A stretch of DNA of 64,000 bases from assembly GCA_034521815.1 (NCBI GenBank), contig JAXHLW010000013.1, positions 832,001-896,000 on the forward strand, in the 5' to 3' direction. Numbering within the stretch: position 1 is the stretch's first letter; each line of letters begins with the position of its first letter. A model generated the notes under the pieces. The model ran no database searches. It saw nothing but the letters and a program-made list of their open reading frames with translations, and was not told the origin of the DNA. The position numbers and the translations under genes were made by a program. Shown piece after piece: positions 30,363 to 40,007 of the stretch. Origin of the DNA: Trueperaceae bacterium (lineage in GTDB: Bacteria > Deinococcota > Deinococci > Deinococcales > Trueperaceae).

Positions 30363-31366
30363 GATGGATCCTCCTGGGGTCGCGTCACGATGGTGACGCG
30401 CTCGATGCGGTCGGGAACGTCGAACAGGCCGACGGCGGCGGCGCCGCCTGCGCTGCCCAGAACGCCGCGCCGGCCGACGATCTGGAACGACTGGCCTTCG
30501 CTCGGAAGCTCGCCGAGCTGCGCGGCGAGCCAGTCGCCGACGGTTCCTTGGGCGTCGGCGGCCTCGTCGACGCCCTGCTCGGCCAGCACCGAGACCGGCT
30601 CGGAGAGGCGGGCGACGGCGGAGGGGGCTTGCGGATCGACGCGCGTGAGTCGCTCCAGGACCGGCAAGCCGTCGACCACCTCGCCGAACACCGCGTGGTT
30701 GCCGTCCAGCCACGGCGTGGCTGCGAAGGTGATGAAGAACTGGCTGCCGTTCGTGTCGGGACCGGCGTTCGCCATGCTGAGCAGCCCTGCCCGGTCGTGG
30801 CTCAGTCCTTCGACGATCTCGTCCTCGAAGGTGTAGCCGGGTCCGCCCGAGCCGGTACCGGTGGGGTCGCCCGTCTGAGCCATGAAGCCGTCGATCACGC
30901 GGTGGAACGCGACCCCCTCGTAGAAGCGGTGCAGCGCGAGGAACACGACGTTGTTCACGGTTCGGGGCACACGCTGCTCGTACAGGTCCAGCGTCAGGGT
31001 GCCGGCCGTGGTCTCCACGACGGCGCGATAGTCGAGGCCGTCCTGGAGCACCGGCTCGGCCCGCTCGAAGCTCTGCACGGGGGCGTCCGACAGGAACGGG
31101 ACCGGCTCGAAGCCGTCCGGGAGCTGGGCCGATCCCGTCTGTGTCGATCCGGCTTGGTCCGATCCCGCCTGGTCCGATGCCGCGCCACCGACGCCGTCGG
31201 CCTGGGCCTCGTCGGCCCCGACGGCGCCACCGACGGTCGAAGGCGACGCGTCGGCCGAAACGCCGGACGCGGACCCCGACGGGGTCAAGCGGTCCCCGAA
31301 CGCGGTCCAGGCACCGATGGCCAACAGCGCGAGCACGACGGCGACGAGCGCGACGATGCGGCTCAT
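30359..31366 (-). CDS. Membrane-anchored/exported cyclophilin-type PPIase with C-terminal insertion
   Basis: N-terminal TM, S/A/G linker, [32 protein letters not shown]. Confidence 0.92.
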   Translation of the reverse strand: MSRIVALVAVVLALLAIGAWTAFGDRLTPSGSASGVSADASPSTVGGAVGADEAQADGVGGAASDQAGSDQAGSTQTGSAQLPDGFEPVPFLSDAPVQSFERAEPVLQDGLDYRAVVETTAGTLTLDLYEQRVPRTVNNVVFLALHRFYEGVAFHRVIDGFMAQTGDPTGTGSGGPGYTFEDEIVEGLSHDRAGLLSMANAGPDTNGSQFFITFAATPWLDGNHAVFGEVVDGLPVLERLTRVDPQAPSAVARLSEPVSVLAEQGVDEAADAQGTVGDWLAAQLGELPSEGQSFQIVGRRGVLGSAGGAAAVGLFDVPDRIERVTIVTRPQEDPS

Positions 31367-31576
31367 CGTGTCCGACGGCCGGGCACCGCGGCGGAGCACG
31401 TGGTGGAAAGCGTCATGGCGGCCAGTGTATCCCGGGTCCGCGGCCCCGTCCGTGGCCCCAGCCGCGCCGGCGGCGCGAGCGAGCGTCGGCGCGACGGCGC
31501 GCGGAGGCGGCGCGCCAGGCGCCGATTCGTGATCTTCTCATCGCGAGGGGGAAACGAGGCCCGGTAGAGTGGGTGC

Positions 31577-32680
31577 GTGAACTTCAGCGACCTTCTCTCC
31601 ACCCTCGTCCAGCGCGGCGCATCCGACATCCACCTGCACTGCGGTTTGCCGCCGCTAGCCCGCATCAACGGCAAGCTCACGCCCGTCGAGGGCAGCAAGG
31701 TCGTTCCCGCCTTCACCGAGAAACTCGTCGAGGTGATGGGTGACGAGCGCCAACGTGCGGTCTTCGCCGACAGGCACCAGGTGGACCTGGCGTACAGCGT
31801 GTCCGGCCTGGCACGCTTCCGCGTCAACCTCTTCCGGCAGCGCGGCTCGGTGAGCGTCGTCATGCGCGTGATCACGAACGACGAGTCGAAGCTCAAGGTC
31901 GTGAACCTGCCGCAGGAAACGGTGGACTTCTTCCGCGACAAGGAGAAGGGCCTGGTGCTGGTCACCGGCCCCACCGGCTCGGGCAAGTCGACGACGCTGG
32001 CGCGGATCATCGACGAGATCAACCAGATCCACAACAAGATGATCGTCACGGTCGAGGACCCGATCGAGTACCTGCACCGCTCGAAGAAGTCGGCGATCGT
32101 CCAGCGCGAGATCGGGGTGGACGCCCTGTCGTTCGCCGACTCGCTGGTCGCCGCCATGCGACAGGACCCCGAAGTGATCATGATCGGCGAGATCCGCGAC
32201 CACACCACCGCCGCGGCCGCACTGTCCGCGGCGCAGACCGGCCACCTGGTGTTCAGCACCCTGCACACGCAGGACACCGTCCGCACGGTCAACCGCATGA
32301 TCGAGCTGTTCCCGCCGCACGAGCGCGCCACGTCGCGCATCCTGTTCGCCGAGTCGCTCGTCGGCATCGTCAGCCAACGGCTGGTGCCGCGGTCCGACCG
32401 TCCCGGCCGGGTGGCGGCGATGGAGATCATGAAGGGCACGCTGCGCATCAAGGACCTGGTCCGCGACGAGGAGAGGACGTCGGAGCTGTACGACGCGATC
32501 CGCGACTCGACGCTGGACGGCATGCAGCTGATGGACGATCACCTCGCGCGGCTTTATGCCGAGGGCACGATCGCGTTCGAGACCGGTCTCGCCGCGGCGA
32601 CCAGTCAGCAGGCGTTCAAGATGGCCACCACGCAGACCGACATCGAAGCGGGACGCGATCCGCGCGCCACCCAGTATTGA
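31577..32680 (+). CDS. pilT: PilT/PilU family type IV pilus retraction ATPase
   Basis: ASDIHL, RFRVNLF, GPTGSGKST, TVEDPIEY, QREIG, GEIRD, TGHLVFSTLHT. Confidence 0.9.
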   Translation: MNFSDLLSTLVQRGASDIHLHCGLPPLARINGKLTPVEGSKVVPAFTEKLVEVMGDERQRAVFADRHQVDLAYSVSGLARFRVNLFRQRGSVSVVMRVITNDESKLKVVNLPQETVDFFRDKEKGLVLVTGPTGSGKSTTLARIIDEINQIHNKMIVTVEDPIEYLHRSKKSAIVQREIGVDALSFADSLVAAMRQDPEVIMIGEIRDHTTAAAALSAAQTGHLVFSTLHTQDTVRTVNRMIELFPPHERATSRILFAESLVGIVSQRLVPRSDRPGRVAAMEIMKGTLRIKDLVRDEERTSELYDAIRDSTLDGMQLMDDHLARLYAEGTIAFETGLAAATSQQAFKMATTQTDIEAGRDPRATQY

Positions 32681-32708
32681 CGTGCAGGTCGGCATGCTCG
32701 ACGAGAAA

Positions 32709-32733
32709 AGCCAGGAGGCGATGCCCCCTGGCT
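32709..32733. terminator. Hairpin between convergent pilT and dnaE
   Basis: AGCCAGG...CCTGGCT stem. Confidence 0.4.
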
Positions 32734-32757
32734 CGAGCAGGTGAAACCCCGAAAACG

Positions 32758-35700
32758 CTAGAACGGCACGTCGGCACGCGCCGGCGCCTGGCTCTTGCGG
32801 CTCCACACCGGGCCACGGTCCACCAGCAGCCGCGCCCGGTCGATCGTCACGCTGGTACGCAGCCAGGGGCAGTGCGCCTCGAGCTCGCCTAGTCGCGAGG
32901 CGTCGACGCTTATCCCCTCGGCCCACCAGGTGACCACGCCGCGCGACGAGGGAAAGCGCAGCTGGACCGGCGTCGTGCCGGACGTCTCGTCGATCCGAGA
33001 GCGAAGCTCCAGCAGCTGGTGCTCCGCGATCTCACGAGGGTCGAAGCGCAGGACGGCGACTTCGGGCACCGCGTCGCGAGCGTCCCAGCGGATCAGGCGA
33101 TCGGCCACCAGCCGGACCGCCTCGCCGTCCTCGGACGCCTCGGCGACCAGCACCACGGGCGCGTCCTCTTCGAGCAGGGGGGCGATCTCGTCGAAGATCC
33201 GACTGAACGCCACGACCTCGCGCGAGCCGCTCTCGTCCGCGATCTCGAACCTCGCCATCATCGACCCCTTGCGGGTCGGACGCTTGGCGACGTTCTGCAG
33301 GATCCCGGCCAGCACGACCTTGAGCCGTCCCGTGGTGTCGCCCCCCGAGCGCTGCTCGTGCAGCCACGCCTCGAGGTGATCCACCGCGCAGCTCGCCGCC
33401 TCGGCCAGGCCGGGGTACGAGCGCATCGGATGCGCGCTGATGTAGAGCCCCAGCGACTCCTTCTCGAGCTTGAGCCGATCGAGGTCGGACAGCTCCTCGC
33501 CTGCCTGGAGCGCGGGCGGCTTGAGCTCCTCCGCGGCGAACAGCGCCATCTGGCCGGCCGCGTCGCTCTCGCGCTGGGCGGTCCCCCATTTCATGGCCGA
33601 CTCGACGTTCGCCAGCAGGGTGGCGCGCTCGCCCATGGCGTCGAAGGCGCCGGCCTTGACGAGGTGCTCCAGCGCGCGCTTGTTGATCAGCGAGCTCTCG
33701 CAGCGGCGACAGAAGTCGAACAGGTCCTTGAACGGTCCGGCCCGCTCGCGCTCGGCGACGATGTGCTCGACCGCGGCGTCCCCGACGTTCTTCACGCCGT
33801 GCAGACCGAAACGGACCACCTCGCCGACGGGGGTGAAGTCGCCGCGTGACTCGTTGATGTCGGGCGGCAGGACCGCGATCCCCATGTGCCGCGTGTCGGC
33901 GACGTACTGCGCGACCTTGTCGCTGTTCGCCCGCTCGACGGTGAGGAGCGCTGCGGCGAACTCGACCGGGTAGTGCGCCTTCAAGTAGGCGGTCTGGAAC
34001 GACAGTTCGCCGTAGGCGGCCGAATGACTTTTATTGAACCCATAATTGGCGAACTTCTCGAGCAGGTCGAAGATCCGGTTCGCCTCGGCGGCGGGGATCC
34101 CTTCTCCGCGGCCCCCCGCTCGAACACCTTGCGCTGGCGCTCCATCTCCGCGACCTTCTTCTTGCCCATCGCGCGGCGCAGCAGATCGGCCTCGCCCAGG
34201 CTGTAGCCGGCCACCGCCTGGGCGATCTGCATGATCTGCTCCTGGTAGACGGGAATCCCGTACGTCTCCTCGAGGATGGGGGCGAGCAGCGGCTCGCTCA
34301 CCTCGAAGTCGTCGAAGCGGACCTCCTCGGTTCCGTGATGGCGCCGAATGTAGGCCGGGATGTTCTCCATCGGTCCCGGCCGGTACAGCGCGGAGACGGC
34401 GATCAGGTCCTGGATCCGGCGCGGCTTGAGCTTCTTGAGCGTGTCCACCATGCCGCCCGACTCGAACTGGAACACCCCGGCCGCCTCGCCGCGCGAGAGC
34501 AGCTCGAAGGTGGCAGCGTCGTCGTGCGGAAACTCGCTGGGGTTCAGCTGGACGCCGCGGGTGTCGTGGATGATGCGGACCGCGGCCTCGATGAACGAAA
34601 GCGTCCGCAACCCCAGGAAATCCATCTTCAAGAAGCCCAGGTCCTCGATCGATCCCATGTCGTACTGACACACGATCGGGCCGTCGCCGGAGCGGAACAC
34701 CGGGGCGAGCTCCTGCACCGGATCGCGCGAGATGATCACGCCCGCGGCGTGCACCGAGGCGTGCCGGGTCAGGCCTTCGAGCGATTGCGCGATGTCGACG
34801 TACGCCTTCGCGCCGCCGTCGTACAGCTCGCGGAACTCGGGAACCTCCTCGAGCGCCCGCTCGATCGGAACGGAGCGCCCGAACACGATGGGAACCAGCT
34901 TGCTGATCCGGTCGGCCTCGGCGAAGCTGGAATCCGTCACGCGCGCGGCGTCCTTGATCGCGGCCTTCGACGCCATCGTCCCGAAGGTGGCGATGTGCGC
35001 CACCTTGTCCTCGCCGTACTTGCGGCGGACGTACTCGATCACCTCGCCGCGCCGGACGTCGGAGAAGTCGACGTCGAAGTCGGGCATGCTGATCCGCTCG
35101 GGGTTGAGGAACCGCTCGAACAGCAGGTCGAACTCCAGCGGGTCGATGTCGGTCACCCGGATCGCGTACGCGACGATCGACCCTGCGCCCGAACCGCGGC
35201 CCGGGCCGACGGCGATCTTCTGGTCCTTGGCCCAGTTGATGAAGTCCGCGACGATCAGGAAGTAGTCCGGGAACCCCATCGCGATGATGACGCCCAGCTC
35301 GTACTCGGCCCGCTCCAGGATGCGGAGCGCCTCGGCCGACTCTCCACCTTCGTCCCTGAGCGCCGCGAGGTGGGGGTATTCGTAGCGGTCGTACGTCTGC
35401 CCGGGATCCTTCTCGGTCCGTCCGCGCTCGCCGCAGCGGGCGACGCCCAGCAGCACCTCGTCGAGCGGCGCCTCGGAGGCGTCCGTCCCCAGCGGCCCCT
35501 GGACACGTCCCGCGACCGCCGCGTAGCGCCGAACGAGCGCCTCGTCGATCCGATCGGGGTAGCGCTGCATCAGCCCCGCGTACGTCTGGACGCGCAGCTG
35601 CTCGGCCAACGTCCGGCCCTCTGGAATGGGAAGCTCGGGCATCTGGTAGACGCGTGCGTCGCCGATGGGCAGCTCGACGTCGCACAGCTCCGCCACCCGC

Positions 35701-36528
35701 ATGGTGTTGGCCAGCGCCCCGGGGTAGGCCGACTCGGGAATCGCCTGCGCCATCTCGTCCGGCGTCTTGACGTAGAACTCGTCGCACGGGAACTTGAAGC
35801 GGTCCTCGATCGGACAGCGTCGTCTTCGTCTGGATCGCGAGCAGCGCCTCGTGCGCCCGGGCGTCCTCGCGCCGGACGTAGTGACCGTCGTTCGTCGCCA
35901 CCAGCCCCAGGCCGTACCGCTCGGCCAGACCCTTCAGGACCGGGTTCAGCCGCTTCTGCTCCTCCAGCCCGTGGTCTTGCAGCTCGACGAAGAAGTCGTC
36001 GCCGAAGATGTCCAGGTACTGCCGCAAGACCTCCTCGCCGGCCTCCTCGCCGACGTCGAGAACGGTTCGCGGAATCTGCGCGCCCAGGCATCCTGAGAGG
36101 GCGATCACGCCCTCGGAATGCTCCGCGAGCAGCTCGTGGTCGACGCGCGGCTTCATGTAGAACCCCTCGAGCCAGGCGCGGCTGTTCAGCTTGGAGAGGT
36201 TCTTGTAGCCGGTGAGGTTCTTGGCGAGCAGCGTCAGGTGGAAGTAGCCGCCGTCGAGCTTGCTGCTGGGCCGTTTGCGCTCGAATCGGCTGCCGGCGGT
36301 GACGTACGCCTCGAAGCCGAGGATCGGCTTGACGCCGCTGGCGACCGCCGTCCGGTAGAACTCGACGGCGCCGTGCATGTTTCCGTGGTCGGTCATCGCG
36401 ACGACCGGGTCGTCCGGCGTGACCTGCTTGACCCAGGCGATCAGGTCCTTGATCCTTGCGGCCCCGTCCAGGAGGCTGTAGGCGGTGTGCTGGTGCAGGT
36501 GGGCGAAGGTCGGTGGAGCGTCGGGCAT
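32758..36528 (-). CDS. dnaE: DNA polymerase III alpha subunit, two compensating indels (about 35810 and 34100)
   Basis: PHP HLHQHTAYSLLDG, TDHGN; middle part (GPGRGSGAGS, FERFLNPER, MPDFDVDF, KMDFLGL) in ORF 33981..35753; YGFNKSHSAAY; OB fold. Confidence 0.96.
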   Translation of the reverse strand: MPDAPPTFAHLHQHTAYSLLDGAARIKDLIAWVKQVTPDDPVVAMTDHGNMHGAVEFYRTAVASGVKPILGFEAYVTAGSRFERKRPSSKLDGGYFHLTLLAKNLTGYKNLSKLNSRAWLEGFYMKPRVDHELLAEHSEGVIALSGCLGAQIPRTVLDVGEEAGEEVLRQYLDIFGDDFFVELQDHGLEEQKRLNPVLKGLAERYGLGLVATNDGHYVRREDARAHEALLAIQTKTTLSDRGPLQVPVRRVLRQDAGRDGAGDSRVGLPRGAGQHHAGGGAVRRRAAHRRRTRLPDARASHSRGPDVGRAAARPDVRGADAALPRSDRRGARSALRGGRGTCPGAAGDGRLRGAARRGAAGRRPLRRARTDREGSRADVRPLRIPPPRGAQGRRWRVGRGAPHPGAGRVRAGRHHRDGVPGLLPDRRGLHQLGQGPEDRRRPGPRFGRRVDRRVRDPGDRHRPAGVRPAVRAVPQPRADQHARLRRRLLRRPARRGDRVRPPQVRRGQGGAHRHLRDDGVEGRDQGRRARDGFQLRRGRPDQQAGSHRVRALRSDRAGARGGSRVPRAVRRRREGVRRHRAIARRPDPARLGARRGRDHLARSGAGARPGVPLRRRPDRVSVRHGIDRGPGLLEDGFPGVADAFVHRGRGPHHPRHPRRPAEPQRVSARRRCHLRAALARRGGRGVPVRVGRHGGHAQEAQAAPDPGPDRRLRAVPAGTDGEHPGLHSAPSRNRGGPLRRLRGERAAARPHPRGDVRDSRLPGADHADRPGGGRLQPGRGRSAAPRDGQEEGRGDGAPAQGVRAGGRGEGIPAAEANRIFDLLEKFANYGFNKSHSAAYGELSFQTAYLKAHYPVEFAAALLTVERANSDKVAQYVADTRHMGIAVLPPDINESRGDFTPVGEVVRFGLHGVKNVGDAAVEHIVAERERAGPFKDLFDFCRRCESSLINKRALEHLVKAGAFDAMGERATLLANVESAMKWGTAQRESDAAGQMALFAAEELKPPALQAGEELSDLDRLKLEKESLGLYISAHPMRSYPGLAEAASCAVDHLEAWLHEQRSGGDTTGRLKVVLAGILQNVAKRPTRKGSMMARFEIADESGSREVVAFSRIFDEIAPLLEEDAPVVLVAEASEDGEAVRLVADRLIRWDARDAVPEVAVLRFDPREIAEHQLLELRSRIDETSGTTPVQLRFPSSRGVVTWWAEGISVDASRLGELEAHCPWLRTSVTIDRARLLVDRGPVWSRKSQAPARADVPF

Positions 36529-36605
36529 GCGGCCAGCATACCGGCGGTCGACGTCCCCTTCGGCGTTGACAGGGGAGGGGGGCTGGGATACGATTTTCGG
36601 GCCTT

Positions 36606-36680
<75 letters not shown>

Positions 36681-36708
36681 CCATCGGCTACGGACCGCGT
36701 AGCCACAT

Positions 36709-36783
36709 AGGCGCGTAGCTCAGTGGGAGAGCGCTACATTGACACTGTAGAGGTCGGCAGTTCAATCCTGCCCGCGCCTACCA
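36709..36783 (+). tRNA. tRNA-Val (GAC)
   Basis: AGGCGCG/CGCGCCT acceptor stem, CTACA-TTGACAC-TGTAG, GTTCAATC, CCA. Confidence 0.96.
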
Positions 36784-36787
36784 ACCA

Positions 36788-36819
36788 AGAGCGCCCCCGG
36801 CTTCGGCCGGGGGCGCTCT
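36788..36819 (+). terminator. Strong hairpin after the tRNA pair
   Basis: AGAGCGCCCCCGGC-TTCG-GCCGGGGGCGCTCT: perfect 14-bp stem with cUUCGg loop. Confidence 0.8.
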
Positions 36820-36853
36820 GTCATGCGTCGTTTCGCATCGTGACGGCCGGCGC

Positions 36854-37624
36854 TCAGAAGACAGCCACGGTTCCGATCATCGGGTCGGGCGCCTCGGCAT
36901 CGACGAGCGTCCATCCGGTGGTGGCCGCGTCGTACACCCAGGCGGCGGTGTTCCAGCCGGTCGCCAAGCTGAGATCGGCGTCGAAGCCATCGCAGTCGGT
37001 GCCATCGAACGTCACGTCGACGGCGCTGTCGCTGTGGATCCAGGTGTAGATCCGCAGGCCGTCGGCCGCCGTCGTGGCGGACGAATCGACCGTCGCGTCA
37101 CTGAGGTAGACGGGCGCCAGGTCACCGAGCCCGGTCATCGCGACGAGGCCCGGCGCGGCGAAGCCTTCGAACAGGACGGCCGTCAGGACGGCCGAGGCGG
37201 GCGAGGCGACCACCGAGCAGTCGGGCGCATCCGTGGCGTTCAGGAACGCCTGCTCGACGTTCACGAGCGCTCCTGCCGGGATCTCGTCCGCGGCCGGGAG
37301 CACGACCTGGGCCGTCGCTCCGGCTTGCGCGTCGACCGTGTTGCCGAGCCACAGCCCGGTGTCCACCTCGACCAGGTCGGCGGTCGTGAGCTCAGCGGTC
37401 GATGTCGACGCCGCCTCCTCGATCGTCACCGTCAGGGCGCTCGTGCCGACCAGCACCTGACTCAACGCGAACGGATTCGCGCCGTCGGGATCGACGACCT
37501 GAACGTCGAACGTGGTTCCGGTGGCGACCTCGCCGCCACTGGAGCAGGCGACCAACGAACCGATGGCGACGAGCGCGGCGGCGGTGGTGGATGCGAGTCT
37601 GGCGAGGGTCGAGCGATGCGACAT
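36854..37624 (-). CDS. Hypothetical lipoprotein
   Basis: LVAC lipobox, AGGAGG SD, DLSLATGWN segment. Confidence 0.75.
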   Translation of the reverse strand: MSHRSTLARLASTTAAALVAIGSLVACSSGGEVATGTTFDVQVVDPDGANPFALSQVLVGTSALTVTIEEAASTSTAELTTADLVEVDTGLWLGNTVDAQAGATAQVVLPAADEIPAGALVNVEQAFLNATDAPDCSVVASPASAVLTAVLFEGFAAPGLVAMTGLGDLAPVYLSDATVDSSATTAADGLRIYTWIHSDSAVDVTFDGTDCDGFDADLSLATGWNTAAWVYDAATTGWTLVDAEAPDPMIGTVAVF

Positions 37625-37778
37625 ACGTACCTCCTGATGGTGAAGACGGTCCCGTACCGATGCGGTCGGGACGATCGAGGACGGACGGCCGAAGGATAGG
37701 GGTCGATGGCCGCCGGCGCCGTGAATCGCCTCACGTGGCGCACGGCGGCAGCGCCGACGCTGCCCTCAGCGCGCGCCG

Positions 37779-39230
37779 TCAGCGCGTGCCGTCCACGCGG
37801 AACGTGATCCGCGGCAGCTCGTCTGCGGCGTACGGCACGCCCATCGGAGCGAACGGCCGGTCGGCTCGCTGCAGCACGATCGAGCCTTCGATCCGCTCGG
37901 CCGTCGCGGTGGTCACCAGGACGAAACCGTGGCTGGCGACGAAGCTGCCGGCCGACGCTCCGTCGAGCGTCAACGACACCCGGTTCGCGCCCGTGCCCAG
38001 TCGATAGATCCCGCGGGGCCACGACACGCGGTCGATCGGCTCGTCTTCGTCGGCGAGGTCGAGCCGGACCAGGAGCTCCGCGGGATGCTCGGCCCCGCCG
38101 AACCCTGCGCGGCCGCTCGCCTCGAGCTGGAACACGGTTCTCCCCGTCGCGGCGTGGCGCCCCATCGTCACCTCGAGGTCGCCGAAGGTGCGCTCGAACG
38201 TGTCGCCACCGAAGAAGTGGGCGCCCTCGGCGTCGCGCGTGTCGATGCCGACCGAGCCGACGCAGCGCGCGAACGCGTCCTCGTCGACCAGACCGACGTC
38301 GCGCAGGAGCGCGAGCTTGGTGTACGCCGCCGCCGTCGCCCCGGTCAGCGACGCGCCGGCGGCGCGGAGCGCCTGGCAAGCGAAGTCCTCCGGCGGGGAC
38401 GATACGGCGACGCCGGCGAAGGTGTTCGTTTCGATGCCCTGCGTCTGCGCCTTGGCGACCATCTCCGCGACGTCCTCGCCCGGCAGGGTCGATCCGTAGG
38501 GCGTCATGAACCCCCCGGCCGCGATCGCTGCAGCTCCGCCGGACGCCGACGGCGATCCGCGTCCGCCGTACTCACGCGCCATGCCCGCCTCCACGAACGC
38601 GTCGTGCAGGCGGGTCCACTCGGTCAGGAAGCCCGACCGCAGACGCAGACGCTCGACCTCTCGGGCGGCGGCGGCGACGGCGCTCGCCTCCCACTGCGAC
38701 GGGTCGGTCGGCTCGTCGCAGCCGAACGGGCCGACGAAGCAGTCGCCTTCGAGCACCTGCGTGTGCAGCAGGCGCACCGCGGCGTGGGTGGCCTCGTGGA
38801 CGACGGTGTCGACGGCGGTGGCCCAGACGTTGCCGACGATGCGGGGGCGGCGTGCGGGGTCGAGGTCCTCCTCGGACGCGCGCGCTGGACGGGCGTCGAT
38901 GTAGAGCGTGTCGTTGTCGTGGGTGACGTAGACCCATCCCATCGTTCCGCTCTCGTCCCCTGGATCGGCGACGAAGGCGACCTTCTCGACGGCGAGACAG
39001 TGAAGCGACGTCAGATACGGCGCCGCCTCGGCGACCACCTGGCGCTGGCTCGGTCCGGGCTCGACGAGCGTCGCGCGCACCCCCTCGTACGCCTCCGCGG
39101 CGTCGTCGAGACCGAGAAGCCGAAGCTCGCAGGCCTGGCCGACCGCGACGGCGGATAGCGAGAGCGCCGCAGCGAACGCGGCGGCGAGCACGACAGAAAG
39201 ATGAGAAGGGGAGCGGGACGTGTGCGGCAT
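37779..39230 (-). CDS. Secreted putative zinc metallopeptidase
   Basis: Signal peptide, VVHEATH (HExxH), downstream GFMTPYG...GEDVAE gluzincin-like third-ligand motif. Confidence 0.7.
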   Translation of the reverse strand: MPHTSRSPSHLSVVLAAAFAAALSLSAVAVGQACELRLLGLDDAAEAYEGVRATLVEPGPSQRQVVAEAAPYLTSLHCLAVEKVAFVADPGDESGTMGWVYVTHDNDTLYIDARPARASEEDLDPARRPRIVGNVWATAVDTVVHEATHAAVRLLHTQVLEGDCFVGPFGCDEPTDPSQWEASAVAAAAREVERLRLRSGFLTEWTRLHDAFVEAGMAREYGGRGSPSASGGAAAIAAGGFMTPYGSTLPGEDVAEMVAKAQTQGIETNTFAGVAVSSPPEDFACQALRAAGASLTGATAAAYTKLALLRDVGLVDEDAFARCVGSVGIDTRDAEGAHFFGGDTFERTFGDLEVTMGRHAATGRTVFQLEASGRAGFGGAEHPAELLVRLDLADEDEPIDRVSWPRGIYRLGTGANRVSLTLDGASAGSFVASHGFVLVTTATAERIEGSIVLQRADRPFAPMGVPYAADELPRITFRVDGTR

Positions 39231-39293
39231 TCTCGACGCTAGCGCGTGCGTGGCACGGCCGTCGAGGTACGTCTCACACCGTACGCGCCGAGC

Positions 39294-40007
39294 CTAGTCC
39301 GGCAGCACCTCCGTCACGAACCCCGGCAGCGTCACCGGCTCGAGACCCAGCGCCTCGTACACGCCTGGCGGGAAGCTCAGATCGCCCACGAACACGCGCC
39401 CGCCGACGCCGCCCGGCTCGATGCCGGCCTTGGGAAGCGCGATCGCCAGCGTCATGGTCGGGTGGACCGCTTCGCCGGGGACCGACCCGTCGTCCGACTG
39501 CACGCCGGTGGGCACGTCGACGCTGATCACGCAGCAACCGTTCTGCATCTTGTTCAGCACCGTGATCACGTCCAGCGTCCGGCCGCGGGGCGGCCCTTCG
39601 AGGCTGGTCCCGATCGCGGCGTCGATCACGCACGAGAACTTCATCTTCGGCAAGCTGGTCTTGACCCGGACGGTCGGCACGTGGCGCAGCAGCTCGAGCT
39701 GCTCGCGCGGGGTGCCGCTGTAGTTGTCCGCCTCGTGCGTGGGCACGACCCATACGCGTCGTCCCCGCAGACCCAGCAGCCTGGCTGCCGCCAGGCCGCC
39801 GCTGCCGTTGTCGCCACGGCCGGCGACGACCAGCACCGGTCCATCGGGCGCGTGCTCGTCGACCAGGGCGGCGAGGTTCCGGCCGGTGTGCTCGACCAGA
39901 ACGCGGGAGTCCAGACCGAACTTGCCGGTCGCCATCATCACCGCCTGCTGCATCTGCGAGGCCGTGAACTTCGGAATCTTGGACCAGGTCACGGTCGGAA
40001 AGGTCAC
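39294..40007 (-). CDS. nnrE: NAD(P)H-hydrate epimerase (YjeF N-terminal domain), standalone
   Basis: GRGDNGSGGLAAAR, VIDAAIG, ISVDVPTG, PKAG, VGDLS. Confidence 0.85.
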   Translation of the reverse strand: MTFPTVTWSKIPKFTASQMQQAVMMATGKFGLDSRVLVEHTGRNLAALVDEHAPDGPVLVVAGRGDNGSGGLAAARLLGLRGRRVWVVPTHEADNYSGTPREQLELLRHVPTVRVKTSLPKMKFSCVIDAAIGTSLEGPPRGRTLDVITVLNKMQNGCCVISVDVPTGVQSDDGSVPGEAVHPTMTLAIALPKAGIEPGGVGGRVFVGDLSFPPGVYEALGLEPVTLPGFVTEVLPD

